Translations under genes and position numbers: made by a program | Part shown: positions 1 through 9,334 of the stretch, one piece after another | Layout: each line of letters opens with the position of its first letter | Numbering within the stretch: position 1 is the stretch's first letter | Notes under the pieces: model-generated | Database searches by the model: none | Told to the model about the DNA's origin: nothing | What the model saw: only the letters and a program-made list of their open reading frames with translations | Origin: a bacterium | GTDB taxonomy: Bacteria; UBA9089; CG2-30-40-21; SBAY01 | Direction: 5' to 3' | Assembly: GCA_040757115.1 (NCBI GenBank) | Contig: JBFLYA010000007.1 | Coordinates: 1-40,160 of the forward strand | DNA length: 40,160 nucleotides

Positions 1-173
1 ATTTAAAAAATTCACTTGTATCCGAACATACTATTTTTGTGCCTTTTTAGGGATATAAGTCAAGAAAAATATTTTTAAAAAAACTTAATTTTTTACTTGA
101 CATTTCACCATAAGACTTTGTGCCCTGCAGGGCTATGAGTGTTTCTCCTTCATCCATTTTTCACTATCCTTTT

Positions 174-902
174 CTATCCTCCCATAGTAAATTTCTCACC
201 CAGATATATTTCCCTTGCCTTTGGGTCATTAATCAGGTCTTGAGAAGTCCCGGAGAGAAGTATTTCTCCTTGATACATAATATAGGTGCGGTCGGTTATT
301 TCCAATGTTTCCCGAACATTATGGTCAGTAATCAGCACGCCTAATCCTTTTTCTTTAAGGTGAGAGACAATAGTTTGAATATCATCCACGGCAATCGGGT
401 CAATGCCGACAAAAGGTTCATCTAAAAGCATAAAGTCAGGGCAGGTAACTAACGAGCGGGCAATCTCGCATCGTCTTCGTTCCCCTCCAGAAAGGGTTAC
501 GGCTTTTTGTTTCGCTAAATGAGCAATGCCTAATTCCTCTAATAATTCGTTTAATCTTATTTTTCTTTGCTCTGGAGTTATCTTGATGGTTTCCAGAATG
601 GCTAATAGATTTTCCTCAACAGTTAATCCTCTAAATATAGAAGGTTCCTGGGCTAAATAGCCGATGCCTTTTCTTGCCCTCTGGTACATAGGTAAGTGGG
701 TAATTTCTATTTCATCAAGCCAGATATTGCCAGAATCAGGCGAGATTAGTCCTGTAACCATATAAAATGTGGTTGTTTTTCCCGCACCATTTGGTCCTAA
801 TAAACCAACAACCTCACCTTGATTAACCTCAATATTAACCTTATTCACGACCCGTTTTGAGCCGTAGTTTTTGATTAAATCATTAGTTTTTAGAATAGAC
901 AT
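174..902 (-). CDS. lptB: LPS export ABC transporter ATP-binding protein
   Basis: Walker A GPNGAGKTT, signature LSGGERRR, LLDEPFVGIDP, ITDHNVRETL; adjacent to an LptA-like gene. Confidence 0.96.
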   Translation of the reverse strand: MSILKTNDLIKNYGSKRVVNKVNIEVNQGEVVGLLGPNGAGKTTTFYMVTGLISPDSGNIWLDEIEITHLPMYQRARKGIGYLAQEPSIFRGLTVEENLLAILETIKITPEQRKIRLNELLEELGIAHLAKQKAVTLSGGERRRCEIARSLVTCPDFMLLDEPFVGIDPIAVDDIQTIVSHLKEKGLGVLITDHNVRETLEITDRTYIMYQGEILLSGTSQDLINDPKAREIYLGEKFTMGG

Positions 903-911
903 AATTACTAC

Positions 912-1523
912 CTATTTCTTCATTAATATCGCTTTTACTCCACCTATTACCTCAAACCTATCCTCTTTAAGATAATAGATTATTTTTTCACCGACGAGTT
1001 TATTTTCTGATTGAATTACCTGCGGATAACCAATTAATTCTAATCTTTTTTTATCATCAGAATAGATGGCTTTTGAAGCGGTGGCAATCGTATCTTGATG
1101 AATAATCTTAACCAAATCTGTAATCACAAACTCATTTTTTTTATAAAACCCTTCCATTTTCATTGCAGTAATCGTTACATCTTCATTTTTTAATTCTAAT
1201 TTAGGCTGGTTAGTAATAAGGATATATTCAATCGGCTTCTGATATTTCAGATAACCACCAGTAAGGTAAATATTTTTCTCTTTATCAACAACCTTTACCT
1301 CCCCTTCACCTATCATCTCATCTAATGTTGATAATTTACCAATTACCTTTATTTTTGTTGAAGAAATAGAGATACTTCCTTTAGTAATCAAAACATTCCC
1401 TGTCAGGATTGTGCTTTCTTCTTTACGGTTCCAAACAGCATTATTGGCAAAAATATTAATATCCTCTGCCCATATGTTGGAAATAACAAAGATATTTATT
1501 AGAAGAAAAATCGTTCTCCTCAT
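912..1523 (-). CDS. LptA/OstA-family periplasmic LPS transport protein
   Basis: Signal peptide, beta-jellyroll-like repeats (LTGNVLI, LIGYPQVIQ, GEKIIYY), directly upstream of lptB. Confidence 0.8.
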   Translation of the reverse strand: MRRTIFLLINIFVISNIWAEDINIFANNAVWNRKEESTILTGNVLITKGSISISSTKIKVIGKLSTLDEMIGEGEVKVVDKEKNIYLTGGYLKYQKPIEYILITNQPKLELKNEDVTITAMKMEGFYKKNEFVITDLVKIIHQDTIATASKAIYSDDKKRLELIGYPQVIQSENKLVGEKIIYYLKEDRFEVIGGVKAILMKK

Positions 1524-1531
1524 TTGTTTTT

Positions 1532-1560
1532 ATAATACCATAGATAAATATTATTGTCAA
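1532..1560 (-). promoter_or_regulatory. Sigma70-type promoter for lptA-lptB
   Basis: Minus strand TTGACA-17bp-TATTAT. Confidence 0.6.
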
Positions 1561-1652
1561 TGATAATTTTGGGTAAGGATAAGTTCGCAAGGAGGGGAAA
1601 GAGGGAACTATAATATCGGACACCACCAGTATTTCGTAGTTTATTAAAAAAA

Positions 1653-1819
1653 GTAATCGTTCAGGTAACAGGAATAATATTGAATATCGAATGTAGAATG
1701 ATGAAGTTTCTGGATTTTTCTGTTTGGCCGTTTTTATACTTTGAACATTCTACATTCAATATTTTGTAAGTGTTCCGAAATCTCAATCAATATTAGTAAC
1801 TCAAGACCTGAACGGTTAC
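1653..1819. mobile_element. GTAA-ended miniature inverted-repeat element (IS66-like MITE)
   Basis: Ends GTAATCGTTCAGG ... CCTGAACGGTTAC, with A-runs on both flanks. Confidence 0.65.
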
Positions 1820-1961
1820 AAAAAAAGGTGCTAAATAGTAATTAACTACTTAGCACCCGGAAAATTAATAGGTATAGAAACTGGGAGGGGAAAACTACAC
1901 GCTATCAACTTTCCTAATATAATAATCGGCAAAAAAATAAAAAACTTTAATCTTTTTTTTT

Positions 1962-2284
1962 GTAACTATTCACCACGAAGAGCGCGAAGGACACGAAATG
2001 GAATTTAATGTCTTGTAATTTTCGGTAGTGTCTGACAATAACTACAATTCTTTTAACCACAAAGATCACAAAGAGTTTCACAAAAGAGTCAAAGATTTTT
2101 GAGAGAATAGATTTTTCCCTTTATTTCTTTGTGTATTCTTTGTGTACTTTGTGGTTAATTTCAGAGGCCATCTAATTTTCTTCGTGTTCTTCGTGGTGAA
2201 TAGTTACGCGCATCCAATGACTCTATTCGATAATTCATCAAATTTCACTTCGTGCTCTCCGTGCCCTTCGTGGTGAATAGTTAC
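1962..2284. mobile_element. GTAA-ended MITE with duplicated right end and nested palindromic repeats
   Basis: Left end GTAACTATTCACCACGAAG; right ends CTTCGTGGTGAATAGTTAC finishing at 2207 and 2284; internal CACAAAG/CTTTGTG inverted arrays. Confidence 0.65.
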
Positions 2285-2302
2285 AGTTTCAGAAAAAAAA
2301 TC

Positions 2303-2331
2303 TTGACTTAAATAAAATTATCTGGTATGAT
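2303..2331 (+). promoter_or_regulatory. Sigma70-type promoter for vanZ-like gene
   Basis: TTGACT-17bp-TATGAT. Confidence 0.6.
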
Positions 2332-2341
2332 ATAAACTATA

Positions 2342-2806
2342 ATGAGTATATCAACGCGGTATTGGTTTTTGGCAGGGATTTATATGGGTTTGATTTTTAT
2401 TCAATCATCAATTCCAGGGGATAAATTGCCACCACTACCAATTTCAGATAAACTTTCACATCTGACTGAGTTTGGAATATTGAGCTGGCTTATTGGCAAG
2501 GCATCAAGAACTTCAAACAAAAAATTCTTGATTAAACAAGCGGCAATTTTTTCAATCATTATCACGATATTGTATGGCATAAGTGATGAACTACATCAAT
2601 CTTTTATTTCCTTACGCGAGCCAGAGGTTTATGATGTTATCTATGATGGAATTGGAGGTGTTTTGGCTCAAGGGATATTTTTGATAAGAAGAGGACAGAA
2701 AATAGTAACTGTTCAGCCACTGATTAACACAGATTTAGCACGGATAAATAGCAGAAGACAGAGGGCAGAAGGCAAAGGACAACCGGAGGAAAAAACTTCA
2801 GCCTAA
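2342..2806 (+). CDS. VanZ family membrane protein (C-terminus runs into a MITE)
   Basis: DKLSHLTEFGIL and YGISDELHQSF...DVIYDGIG motifs; the last ~33 codons lie inside the element at 2705-2869. Confidence 0.88.
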   Translation: MSISTRYWFLAGIYMGLIFIQSSIPGDKLPPLPISDKLSHLTEFGILSWLIGKASRTSNKKFLIKQAAIFSIIITILYGISDELHQSFISLREPEVYDVIYDGIGGVLAQGIFLIRRGQKIVTVQPLINTDLARINSRRQRAEGKGQPEEKTSA

Positions 2807-2869
2807 CTACGGACACGGTTCACGGATTTTCCGTGTTTCATCCGTGTCCATCTGTAGCTGAATGGTTAC
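2705..2869. mobile_element. GTAA-ended MITE
   Basis: GTAACTGTTCAGC ... GCTGAATGGTTAC; interior similar to the element at 20654-21442. Confidence 0.7.
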
Positions 2870-2888
2870 AAAGAAAGGATGTGGAATA

Positions 2889-3788
2889 ATGAACAAAAAA
2901 TGCTTTCTTGTGGTTTTTCTATTGATTTCAGGCATAGTTTCCCAATCTTTAGCCAATCCCATTCTTGGAGAATATTCCGCTGTTTTAGCACCGGGGAAAT
3001 ATGAATTAAAGAAAAACTTGCTCTGGATGGTAAGTGACGAAGTGTGGAATAATGAGGGAGAAAGGCAGGATTACGAGTCCGAGGAAGAGGTTAAAGAAGG
3101 ATTTGAAGCAACGGAATTTGAAATTCAATTAGAACTTTATCGAGGGATAGTAGAAAATTTACAATTGGGTCTGGTTTTCCCTTTTTTGTTTTTAAATGAA
3201 ACCCCTTATTTAGGTGCTCAAGAAAAATCTGGTCATGGTAGAGGAGACCTCGAATTAAAAGCAAAATATAATCTTATTTCAGGTAAAATTGACCTACCAT
3301 CTATTTCCGGGTTATTAATCATAAAACTTCCTACCGGCAAAGAGGCAAAAAAAGGCTCAACTGACTTACCAACTTCATCCGGAGGAACAGATTTGACTTT
3401 TATGGGAATATTGACCAAAAATTTAGAGCCTTTTACCACACACTTAAATCTCGCTTATACTATCACCGGCAAAGGCAAAAATGAAGAAGGAATTGAAATT
3501 AACCCCGGCAATGTATTCGCCTACGATGTAACTTTAGACTATCCAGCGGGAAAGAGAACAACCATTGTTACTGAGCTAATGGGTGAATTTAAAAGCGAAG
3601 ATAGAAATAGCCAGAAAAAGAAAATTAACGCCTCCAAATCTTCATTAATGACGCTTTTATTAGGTCTTCAATACGAAACTGTTGAATTGCATAATACTAC
3701 CCTACAAGCGGCAATTGCTTACCGTCTTACTGGTAAAAATGAAAAAACTGGAATAACACCTCTTTTAGGTTTTATTCGTGAGTTTTAA
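2889..3788 (+). CDS. Outer-membrane beta-barrel protein (MetA-pathway/transporter-like family)
   Basis: Signal peptide, GRGDLELKAKY, LPTG, THLNLAYT...NPGN motifs, terminal Phe. Confidence 0.65.
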   Translation: MNKKCFLVVFLLISGIVSQSLANPILGEYSAVLAPGKYELKKNLLWMVSDEVWNNEGERQDYESEEEVKEGFEATEFEIQLELYRGIVENLQLGLVFPFLFLNETPYLGAQEKSGHGRGDLELKAKYNLISGKIDLPSISGLLIIKLPTGKEAKKGSTDLPTSSGGTDLTFMGILTKNLEPFTTHLNLAYTITGKGKNEEGIEINPGNVFAYDVTLDYPAGKRTTIVTELMGEFKSEDRNSQKKKINASKSSLMTLLLGLQYETVELHNTTLQAAIAYRLTGKNEKTGITPLLGFIREF

Positions 3789-3953
3789 TAAGCGTTCAGC
3801 CACAGAGGTACAGAATTCACAGAGAATTAAGGAAATTAGCCAGAAGCGAGGCTAAAGCCTCGCACTACAAATCTTTTTGCATTTGTGTTCATTCGTGGTT
3901 ATATATTTCCTCTGTGTTCTCTGTGACTCTGTGGCTATATCCTGAACGGTTAC
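3789..3953. mobile_element. GTAA-family MITE containing a REP-like hairpin
   Basis: TAAGCGTTCAGCC ... CCTGAACGGTTAC; flanks GAGTTTTA/GAGTTTTT; reverse-complement relative of 35879-36218. Confidence 0.7.
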
Positions 3954-3958
3954 GAGTT

Positions 3959-4156
3959 TTAAACAGTTTGTAAAGATGGTTGTTTTTTAGTCCGCAGACA
4001 ATTCGTGCAAAGATAGACATATTTTGCTGTTTTATTTATCATTATTTTAGTCCTGTGAAGATTTGGTAACCATCTTCGCTTCGTTTTGCGATTTGAATGG
4101 CTAACATTATAACCAACTTGAGGACCTTTACCGCAGATGTAACATACCTTAGCCAT
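3959..4156 (-). CDS. rpmB: 50S ribosomal protein L28
   Basis: [33 protein letters not shown]...LCTNCLR; RBS AGGAGG upstream of the ATG at 4156. Confidence 0.97.
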   Translation of the reverse strand: MAKVCYICGKGPQVGYNVSHSNRKTKRRWLPNLHRTKIMINKTAKYVYLCTNCLRTKKQPSLQTV

Positions 4157-4336
4157 ATTGAATCTTACCTCCTGAACAAATTTTATATATAATAACATAA
4201 AATTTATATTCTTGCAAGTATTTTTTTGTAATTATTCAACCAGTGATTGACAGGGAGATGAAAAGTAGGCTGAAGGCTGAAGGACATAGGATAAAAAATC
4301 TTCAGCCTTAAGCCTTCCGCCTTCAGCCTATTCACA

Positions 4337-4485
4337 GGAAAAACGGTCATGAACCGTTAGTTCACAAATGAAGATGAAAATAGTAGATAGGAGATAGAAG
4401 GTGGGAGATGGGGAGATAAGCGTGAGGAGTGATGTTTTCTTTACTTTCTACTTTCTACTCTCTACTCTCTACTTCCTATTTTCAG
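4337..4485. repeat. ~150 bp dispersed repeat, copy 1
   Basis: Highly similar to 24979-25128 (TCATGAACCG...TTCACAAATGA...CGTGAGGAGTGATGTTTTCTTTACTTTCTAC...CTATTTTCAG). Confidence 0.85.
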
Positions 4486-4561
4486 AAGAATGCTTATTCC
4501 TGTCCTTAAATTATTATTTTTGGGTCGTTTAAAATTATTCCCTACAAAAAAGGAAGAAGGT

Positions 4562-5503
4562 ATGTATATACACATTGCATCAGTTATGCTCAATCTGAAG
4601 GCATTAGAGCCAATCATCCTCCCTTCTTACAAAGGCTCGACGCTAAGGGGAGGATTTGGGACTGCCTTTAAGCGAGTAGTTTGTGCCATAAAGGATAAGG
4701 AATGTCCAGACTGCCTGCTGAAAGAAAAATGCGTTTATTCATATATCTTTGAAACCCCGCCTCCAAAAGATACAAAGATTATGCGTAAATACACCTCTGC
4801 ACCTCACCCATTTGTTATTGAGCCACCAGAGGAAAAACGCATAGGCTATAAACCTGGTGATGAGATAAACTTCTCCCTTATTTTAATCGGCAAGGCAATA
4901 GATTACCTGCCTTATTTTATCTATACCTTTCAAGAACTTGGGAAGATAGGAATAGGCAAGGATAGAGGCAAGTTTGAGTTGGAACAAGTGGCTTGTGATG
5001 GAGAGACAATCTATGATTCTAAAGATAAAACGCTTAAATCCATTACCCCTTCAACCTTATCGGTAGGCTTTGACAATACTTATGACCCATTTACCCTTGA
5101 AACCTTAACCTTAAATTTTCTCACCCCCACCCGTATCCTTTATGATAACCATCTTACGATTGAGCTTAATTTCGAGATTCTGCTCAGGCAACTTTTGCGC
5201 CGCATCTCTCTCCTCTACTACTTTCATTGTAATGGTGACCCATCTGAATGGGATTTCAGGAGAATAATTTACAAATCCAAACAGGTAAAGACAATAAAAC
5301 GGATGTTAGACTGGTATGACTGGGAGCGATACTCTGCCCGGCAGGATACCAGAATGAAACTGGGTGGGTTTGTGGGAGAAATAACCTTTGAGGGCAATAT
5401 TGAGCCATTCATCCCTTTAATTAAAGCAGGTGAGGTATTGCATATTGGCAAAGGCACAAGCTTTGGACTGGGGAGATATAAAGTAGTATCAGCAACCTGC
5501 TGA
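4562..5503 (+). CDS. cas6: CRISPR pre-crRNA processing endoribonuclease Cas6
   Basis: YKGSTLRGGFG, Cys cluster, PHPFVIEPP, WYDWERYSARQ, C-terminal Gly loop IGKGTSFGLG. Confidence 0.93.
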   Translation: MYIHIASVMLNLKALEPIILPSYKGSTLRGGFGTAFKRVVCAIKDKECPDCLLKEKCVYSYIFETPPPKDTKIMRKYTSAPHPFVIEPPEEKRIGYKPGDEINFSLILIGKAIDYLPYFIYTFQELGKIGIGKDRGKFELEQVACDGETIYDSKDKTLKSITPSTLSVGFDNTYDPFTLETLTLNFLTPTRILYDNHLTIELNFEILLRQLLRRISLLYYFHCNGDPSEWDFRRIIYKSKQVKTIKRMLDWYDWERYSARQDTRMKLGGFVGEITFEGNIEPFIPLIKAGEVLHIGKGTSFGLGRYKVVSATC

Positions 5504-5528
5504 CAAAGCTACTCTGAAATTTCCACCA

Positions 5529-6024
5529 GTAATCGGTCAGTTATTGGTGGGCGAAAGGCACAAAGATTAAATTTCTCGCCAAGGTGCAAAGGAATAAATT
5601 ATAATCTTTGTGAACTTTGCGTCTTTGCGAGAGAAAATTTATATTTACTCGATATTCAAGTTTTTTTAAGATTAAGTGGTTTATCCTTTTTTAACCGCAA
5701 AGAACGCAAAGAAATTAACCGCAAAGAACGCAAAGATTATAGTGCTCTGTTAAGATTGAAGTTGCATGTTACTTAGGTAATCGGTAATCAGTAATCGGAG
5801 ATAACAGGCCATTGTTTTCTCTTCACCGATAACCTGATAACCGATAACTTTCTAAACATAGCAAAGCAAACTTAACAAAGCAATAGGTTGTTCACCACCT
5901 TATTTTCCTTCCTTTGCGTCCTTTGCGAAATCTTCCTTTGCGCTCTTTGCGGTTAAATCTTTATACCTTTAAAAAACTTGAACATCAAGTATTTAGTTTT
6001 TACCACCGATAACTGAGGGATTAC
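5529..6024. mobile_element. Three-level nested inverted-repeat element
   Basis: Outer GTAATCGGTCAGTTAT...ATAACTGAGGGATTAC with flanks TTCCACCA/TTCCACCT; middle 5646-5991; inner 5738-5886. Confidence 0.75.
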
Positions 6025-6043
6025 TTCCACCTTGAATTTTTTC

Positions 6044-6072
6044 TTGACATTTTTAATGATAAATAGTATATT
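6044..6072 (+). promoter_or_regulatory. Sigma70-type promoter upstream of MNT/cas10 operon
   Basis: TTGACA-17bp-TATATT. Confidence 0.65.
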
Positions 6073-6101
6073 AAGAGTATCTAAAAAGCAGAGGTAGAGT
6101 T

Positions 6102-6435
6102 ATGAATAACGGGTTAAACGAAAAGGAGCTAAAGAATATTATTAAAACCTTACAGGGATTTTCCTCAAATTGAACAAGCGATTATATTCGGTTCACGCGC
6201 CAAAGGAAGCCATAAAAAAGGCTCTGATGTTGATCTGGCCATAAAAGGCAAGGATATTACCGAAGAAACAATCAAACATCTAAGCTTCACCCTTAACGAA
6301 GAAATCCCCTTACCATATTTTTTTGATGTAGTTCATTACGAAAGCATAAACAACCCTGATTTGATTGAACATATCAACCGTGTGGGGAAAATTATTTATA
6401 AAGGAGCAGATGGCACAAACCCGAATGAGGAATAA
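6102..6435 (+). pseudogene. Minimal nucleotidyltransferase (MntA-like), frameshifted
   Basis: MNNGLNEKELKNIIKTLQGF, then one extra T at ~6159-6162, then PQIEQAIIFGSRAKGSHKKGSDVDLAIKG...LPYFFDVV...HINRVGK. Confidence 0.85.
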
Positions 6436-6471
6436 TACTATACCACAGCCCAATTTTCAAGAGGTAAAAAG

Positions 6472-6555
6472 ATGAAAGATAATAATCAAGAATATCAAAC
6501 CGTAATCTTAGCCGCACTTCTGTATGGTTTGGGAAGGAGGGAGAAATATGATTAA
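6472..6555 (+). pseudogene. Remnant N-terminus of an HD-domain Cas10/Csm1
   Basis: 27-aa ORF with RBS GAGGT: MKDNNQEYQTVILAALLYGLGR, resembling the LAALLHDIGK start of Csm1. Confidence 0.55.
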
Positions 6556-8854
6556 TAATAAGCACTTAGAAGAATTATTGAAGCCGATTTTTATAGATGG
6601 ACTACTTGAAACCATCAATTGGTATAAATCAGATGCTCCCTATTATCTCAGGTCTATATTTAATCAGGTAGGTTTTAAAGATAGGGATGGGAAAGAGGCT
6701 ATTTACTATACCTCACCCTCAAGTCTTTCATCTCAGATTGTATATCCAAAGTCAGACAAAAATGGGCTAAAAAGGATTAAAAAAGAGGTGTTGGAGCAGA
6801 TAAATGAGTACTATAAAGCCTTTTCAAAAGACTACCTTGATTCTCTAAATTCTAACCAGCTACTTTTCCTGCTTGAGAAATTTGGTGGAAATGTGCCTAT
6901 AAAGGAATCAGAAGTTACATCAATCTTTGATGTATATAAAATTAAAGCAGCAAAAGCGGTTATCCAATTAAATAGAGAAAATTTAGAACATCACGATAAT
7001 CTGCTTATAAATATTGACCTATCAGGAATCCAGAGATTTATCTATAATATCTCTTCCTCTGGAGCATCAAAAAATCTCCGCTCCCGTTCCTTCTTTGTTG
7101 AACTTTTGTCTAATCATCTTATCTATAAAGTGTTAAATGCTTTAAACCTCCATTATGTAAATGTCATTATGAATGGTGGAGGCAATATTTACATACTTTC
7201 AGGTTGCCCCAAGGAAGATGAAGACCCTCTCATTAACATCGCCTATAGCCTTAACCGGTGGTTTCTAAGAGAATTCAATGGAAAACTTTATGCTGCCTTT
7301 AGCTATGTTAAATGTTCGGATGAGGAACTCAAGATGAATCTTCCAGGCTTATTAAGAGAAATTTCAAACCAGGCATTTACTAAAAAACGCATGAAGTTCA
7401 AAGCCATTATAGAAAGGGGTGAATTCCCTTTTGTGGAAGAAACTGACCCAAATTCTCAAAGTTGTGAAATTTGCTATAGAGATGATTCCACAATCAGAGT
7501 TCAGGAGGAGGAAGTCAGATGTTCCTTGTGCCAAAGACTTATTGAACTTGGTAATCAGATACCAAAAGCAAAATTTATCTACAGTTACAACAAGGATGAT
7601 AGAGAATGTCTACCGATAGAGGCCTCATATTATCTTTTGTCTGAAGTGAAAAAAGACTTAAGGTGTTTATGGGTTGTTTTTGAAGATAGAGAGGATTTTA
7701 TAGAAGACATTGAAGACTCTGCTACATATATATTTGTAAAGACATATATCACAAAGATTGGTGATTTGGATGAAACTGTGCTCAGAAACAAAGAGACAGA
7801 ATCAATGGTAAAAGAAGATATTGCCCCTCTTGAAGATATTGCTGAAAGTTCAAAAGGTGCGAAACTCATTGGAGCTTTAAGAATGGATGCAGACAATATA
7901 GGTAAAATTCTGCATTCCGGTTTTTACGAAGGTGCAAATCTTGAGCTCCTATCATCTCTTTCAAGAAATATGAATTATTTCTTTAAATTATATCTGGAAT
8001 CGTTATGTAAGGGAACAGAATCCCTTTCTACCAGGAACAACCATCGTTTAAGTGGTCATGTTATATATGCCGGAGGTGACGACCTTTTCATTCTTGGTGC
8101 ATGGGACAAGACTGCCTCTCTTGCAATTGACATTGGAAAAGCCTTTAAAAAATATACCTGCGAAAATATTGATATTGGTCTAAGTGGAGGACTTACACTT
8201 CACAATCCTAAATTTCCTGTAAGCAAGATGGCAGAGACATCAATGAGGGCTTTAAAAACAGCAAAAGAGAACCTTGAACCCTGTTGGATGTGCAGGAAGG
8301 AATGGATTACTTGCCCTCTTTATGAAATAGGTAAGTGCTTAAGAAAGGACTCGTTTGCCCCATTCTTTACCGAATATCTGTTATCTCGTAAAAAGAAATT
8401 TAGCGAAAGGTTTAGAACCCCCAAATATTCCCAAGAACCGCCAAGATTGAAACTTGCCCTCAAATGGGAAAAATATAAGAGAGAAGAAGCGAAGGTGGTT
8501 GATGAGGTTAATGAATATATCTTAAAACCTTTAGATGCATTTAAAAAAGGAAGCAATTTGCTACCACAGGGATTTTTTCATAATACCTTGAATTTGCTGG
8601 AGATATGGTATAATGAAGACCTGCTCTATCTTCCTAAAATTGTATGGGGTCTTGAAAAGGTTAAAAGAGAGTTGAAAAAGCAAAAGATTGAGAGCGAAGA
8701 GGGGAAATCTCTTTATGAACTTTATGAAATGTATCTCCATTTTAATAAAGGGATGTTTTCAACATTGTATATACCCCTTTCTTGGGTTATACTTTTAACC
8801 AGAGGAGGTGATGAAATTGATTACGAGAAAGCCAATGGAGGAAAAACTCTATGA
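6548..8854 (+). CDS. cas10: Type III-A Cas10/Csm1, Palm cyclase intact, HD nuclease absent
   Basis: DLSGIQRFIY, LRSRSF, CEIC/CSLC zinc finger, LRMDADNIG, IYAGGDDLFILG; RBS AAGGAGG; no HD motif at the N-terminus. Confidence 0.95.
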   Translation: MINNKHLEELLKPIFIDGLLETINWYKSDAPYYLRSIFNQVGFKDRDGKEAIYYTSPSSLSSQIVYPKSDKNGLKRIKKEVLEQINEYYKAFSKDYLDSLNSNQLLFLLEKFGGNVPIKESEVTSIFDVYKIKAAKAVIQLNRENLEHHDNLLINIDLSGIQRFIYNISSSGASKNLRSRSFFVELLSNHLIYKVLNALNLHYVNVIMNGGGNIYILSGCPKEDEDPLINIAYSLNRWFLREFNGKLYAAFSYVKCSDEELKMNLPGLLREISNQAFTKKRMKFKAIIERGEFPFVEETDPNSQSCEICYRDDSTIRVQEEEVRCSLCQRLIELGNQIPKAKFIYSYNKDDRECLPIEASYYLLSEVKKDLRCLWVVFEDREDFIEDIEDSATYIFVKTYITKIGDLDETVLRNKETESMVKEDIAPLEDIAESSKGAKLIGALRMDADNIGKILHSGFYEGANLELLSSLSRNMNYFFKLYLESLCKGTESLSTRNNHRLSGHVIYAGGDDLFILGAWDKTASLAIDIGKAFKKYTCENIDIGLSGGLTLHNPKFPVSKMAETSMRALKTAKENLEPCWMCRKEWITCPLYEIGKCLRKDSFAPFFTEYLLSRKKKFSERFRTPKYSQEPPRLKLALKWEKYKREEAKVVDEVNEYILKPLDAFKKGSNLLPQGFFHNTLNLLEIWYNEDLLYLPKIVWGLEKVKRELKKQKIESEEGKSLYELYEMYLHFNKGMFSTLYIPLSWVILLTRGGDEIDYEKANGGKTL

Positions 8855-9314
8855 AGAGTGGGGGCTAAAAACCGCAGAGGGGATACGAAACAAGATATTT
8901 GAAAACTATTCAGGGGATGCCACACTTAAAACTATCCTTGATGCTGAAAAATTGGTGGTGTGCAGTTATGCTTTGGGTAGGATACTCTCAAGTCCTGAGG
9001 TTCGTCTTAAAGTTGCTCAGCTAAGAAGGTTTTACGAGGCACTCCTTACCATTAGAGCTATTATCGGCACTATCAGGAAAAAGCCAAAGGTAGATGCAGA
9101 TGAGTCGTTTAAAACTATGGTAAGGAATAAAATCCTGATGTTGAAACCTCGGCTTGCCGATGCTAAGGCAAGACAACCACGCGAGGTAACCCCTTTCTTT
9201 GAGGTAATCAATCCATTGATTGATATGGTAAGAGATATTGAGGATTACGACAGGCTCTGTGAGTTTGTCGAAGCAATAGTCGCCTACCACAGATATTGTG
9301 GGGGAAGAGACTAA
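8808..9314 (+). CDS. csm2: Type III-A small subunit Csm2
   Basis: AQLRRFY, LMLKPRLA, FVEAIVAYHRY; position after cas10; exact start uncertain. Confidence 0.92.
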   Translation: MMKLITRKPMEEKLYEEWGLKTAEGIRNKIFENYSGDATLKTILDAEKLVVCSYALGRILSSPEVRLKVAQLRRFYEALLTIRAIIGTIRKKPKVDADESFKTMVRNKILMLKPRLADAKARQPREVTPFFEVINPLIDMVRDIEDYDRLCEFVEAIVAYHRYCGGRD

Positions 9315-9334
9315 ACAAAAAGGAGGTATTTACT

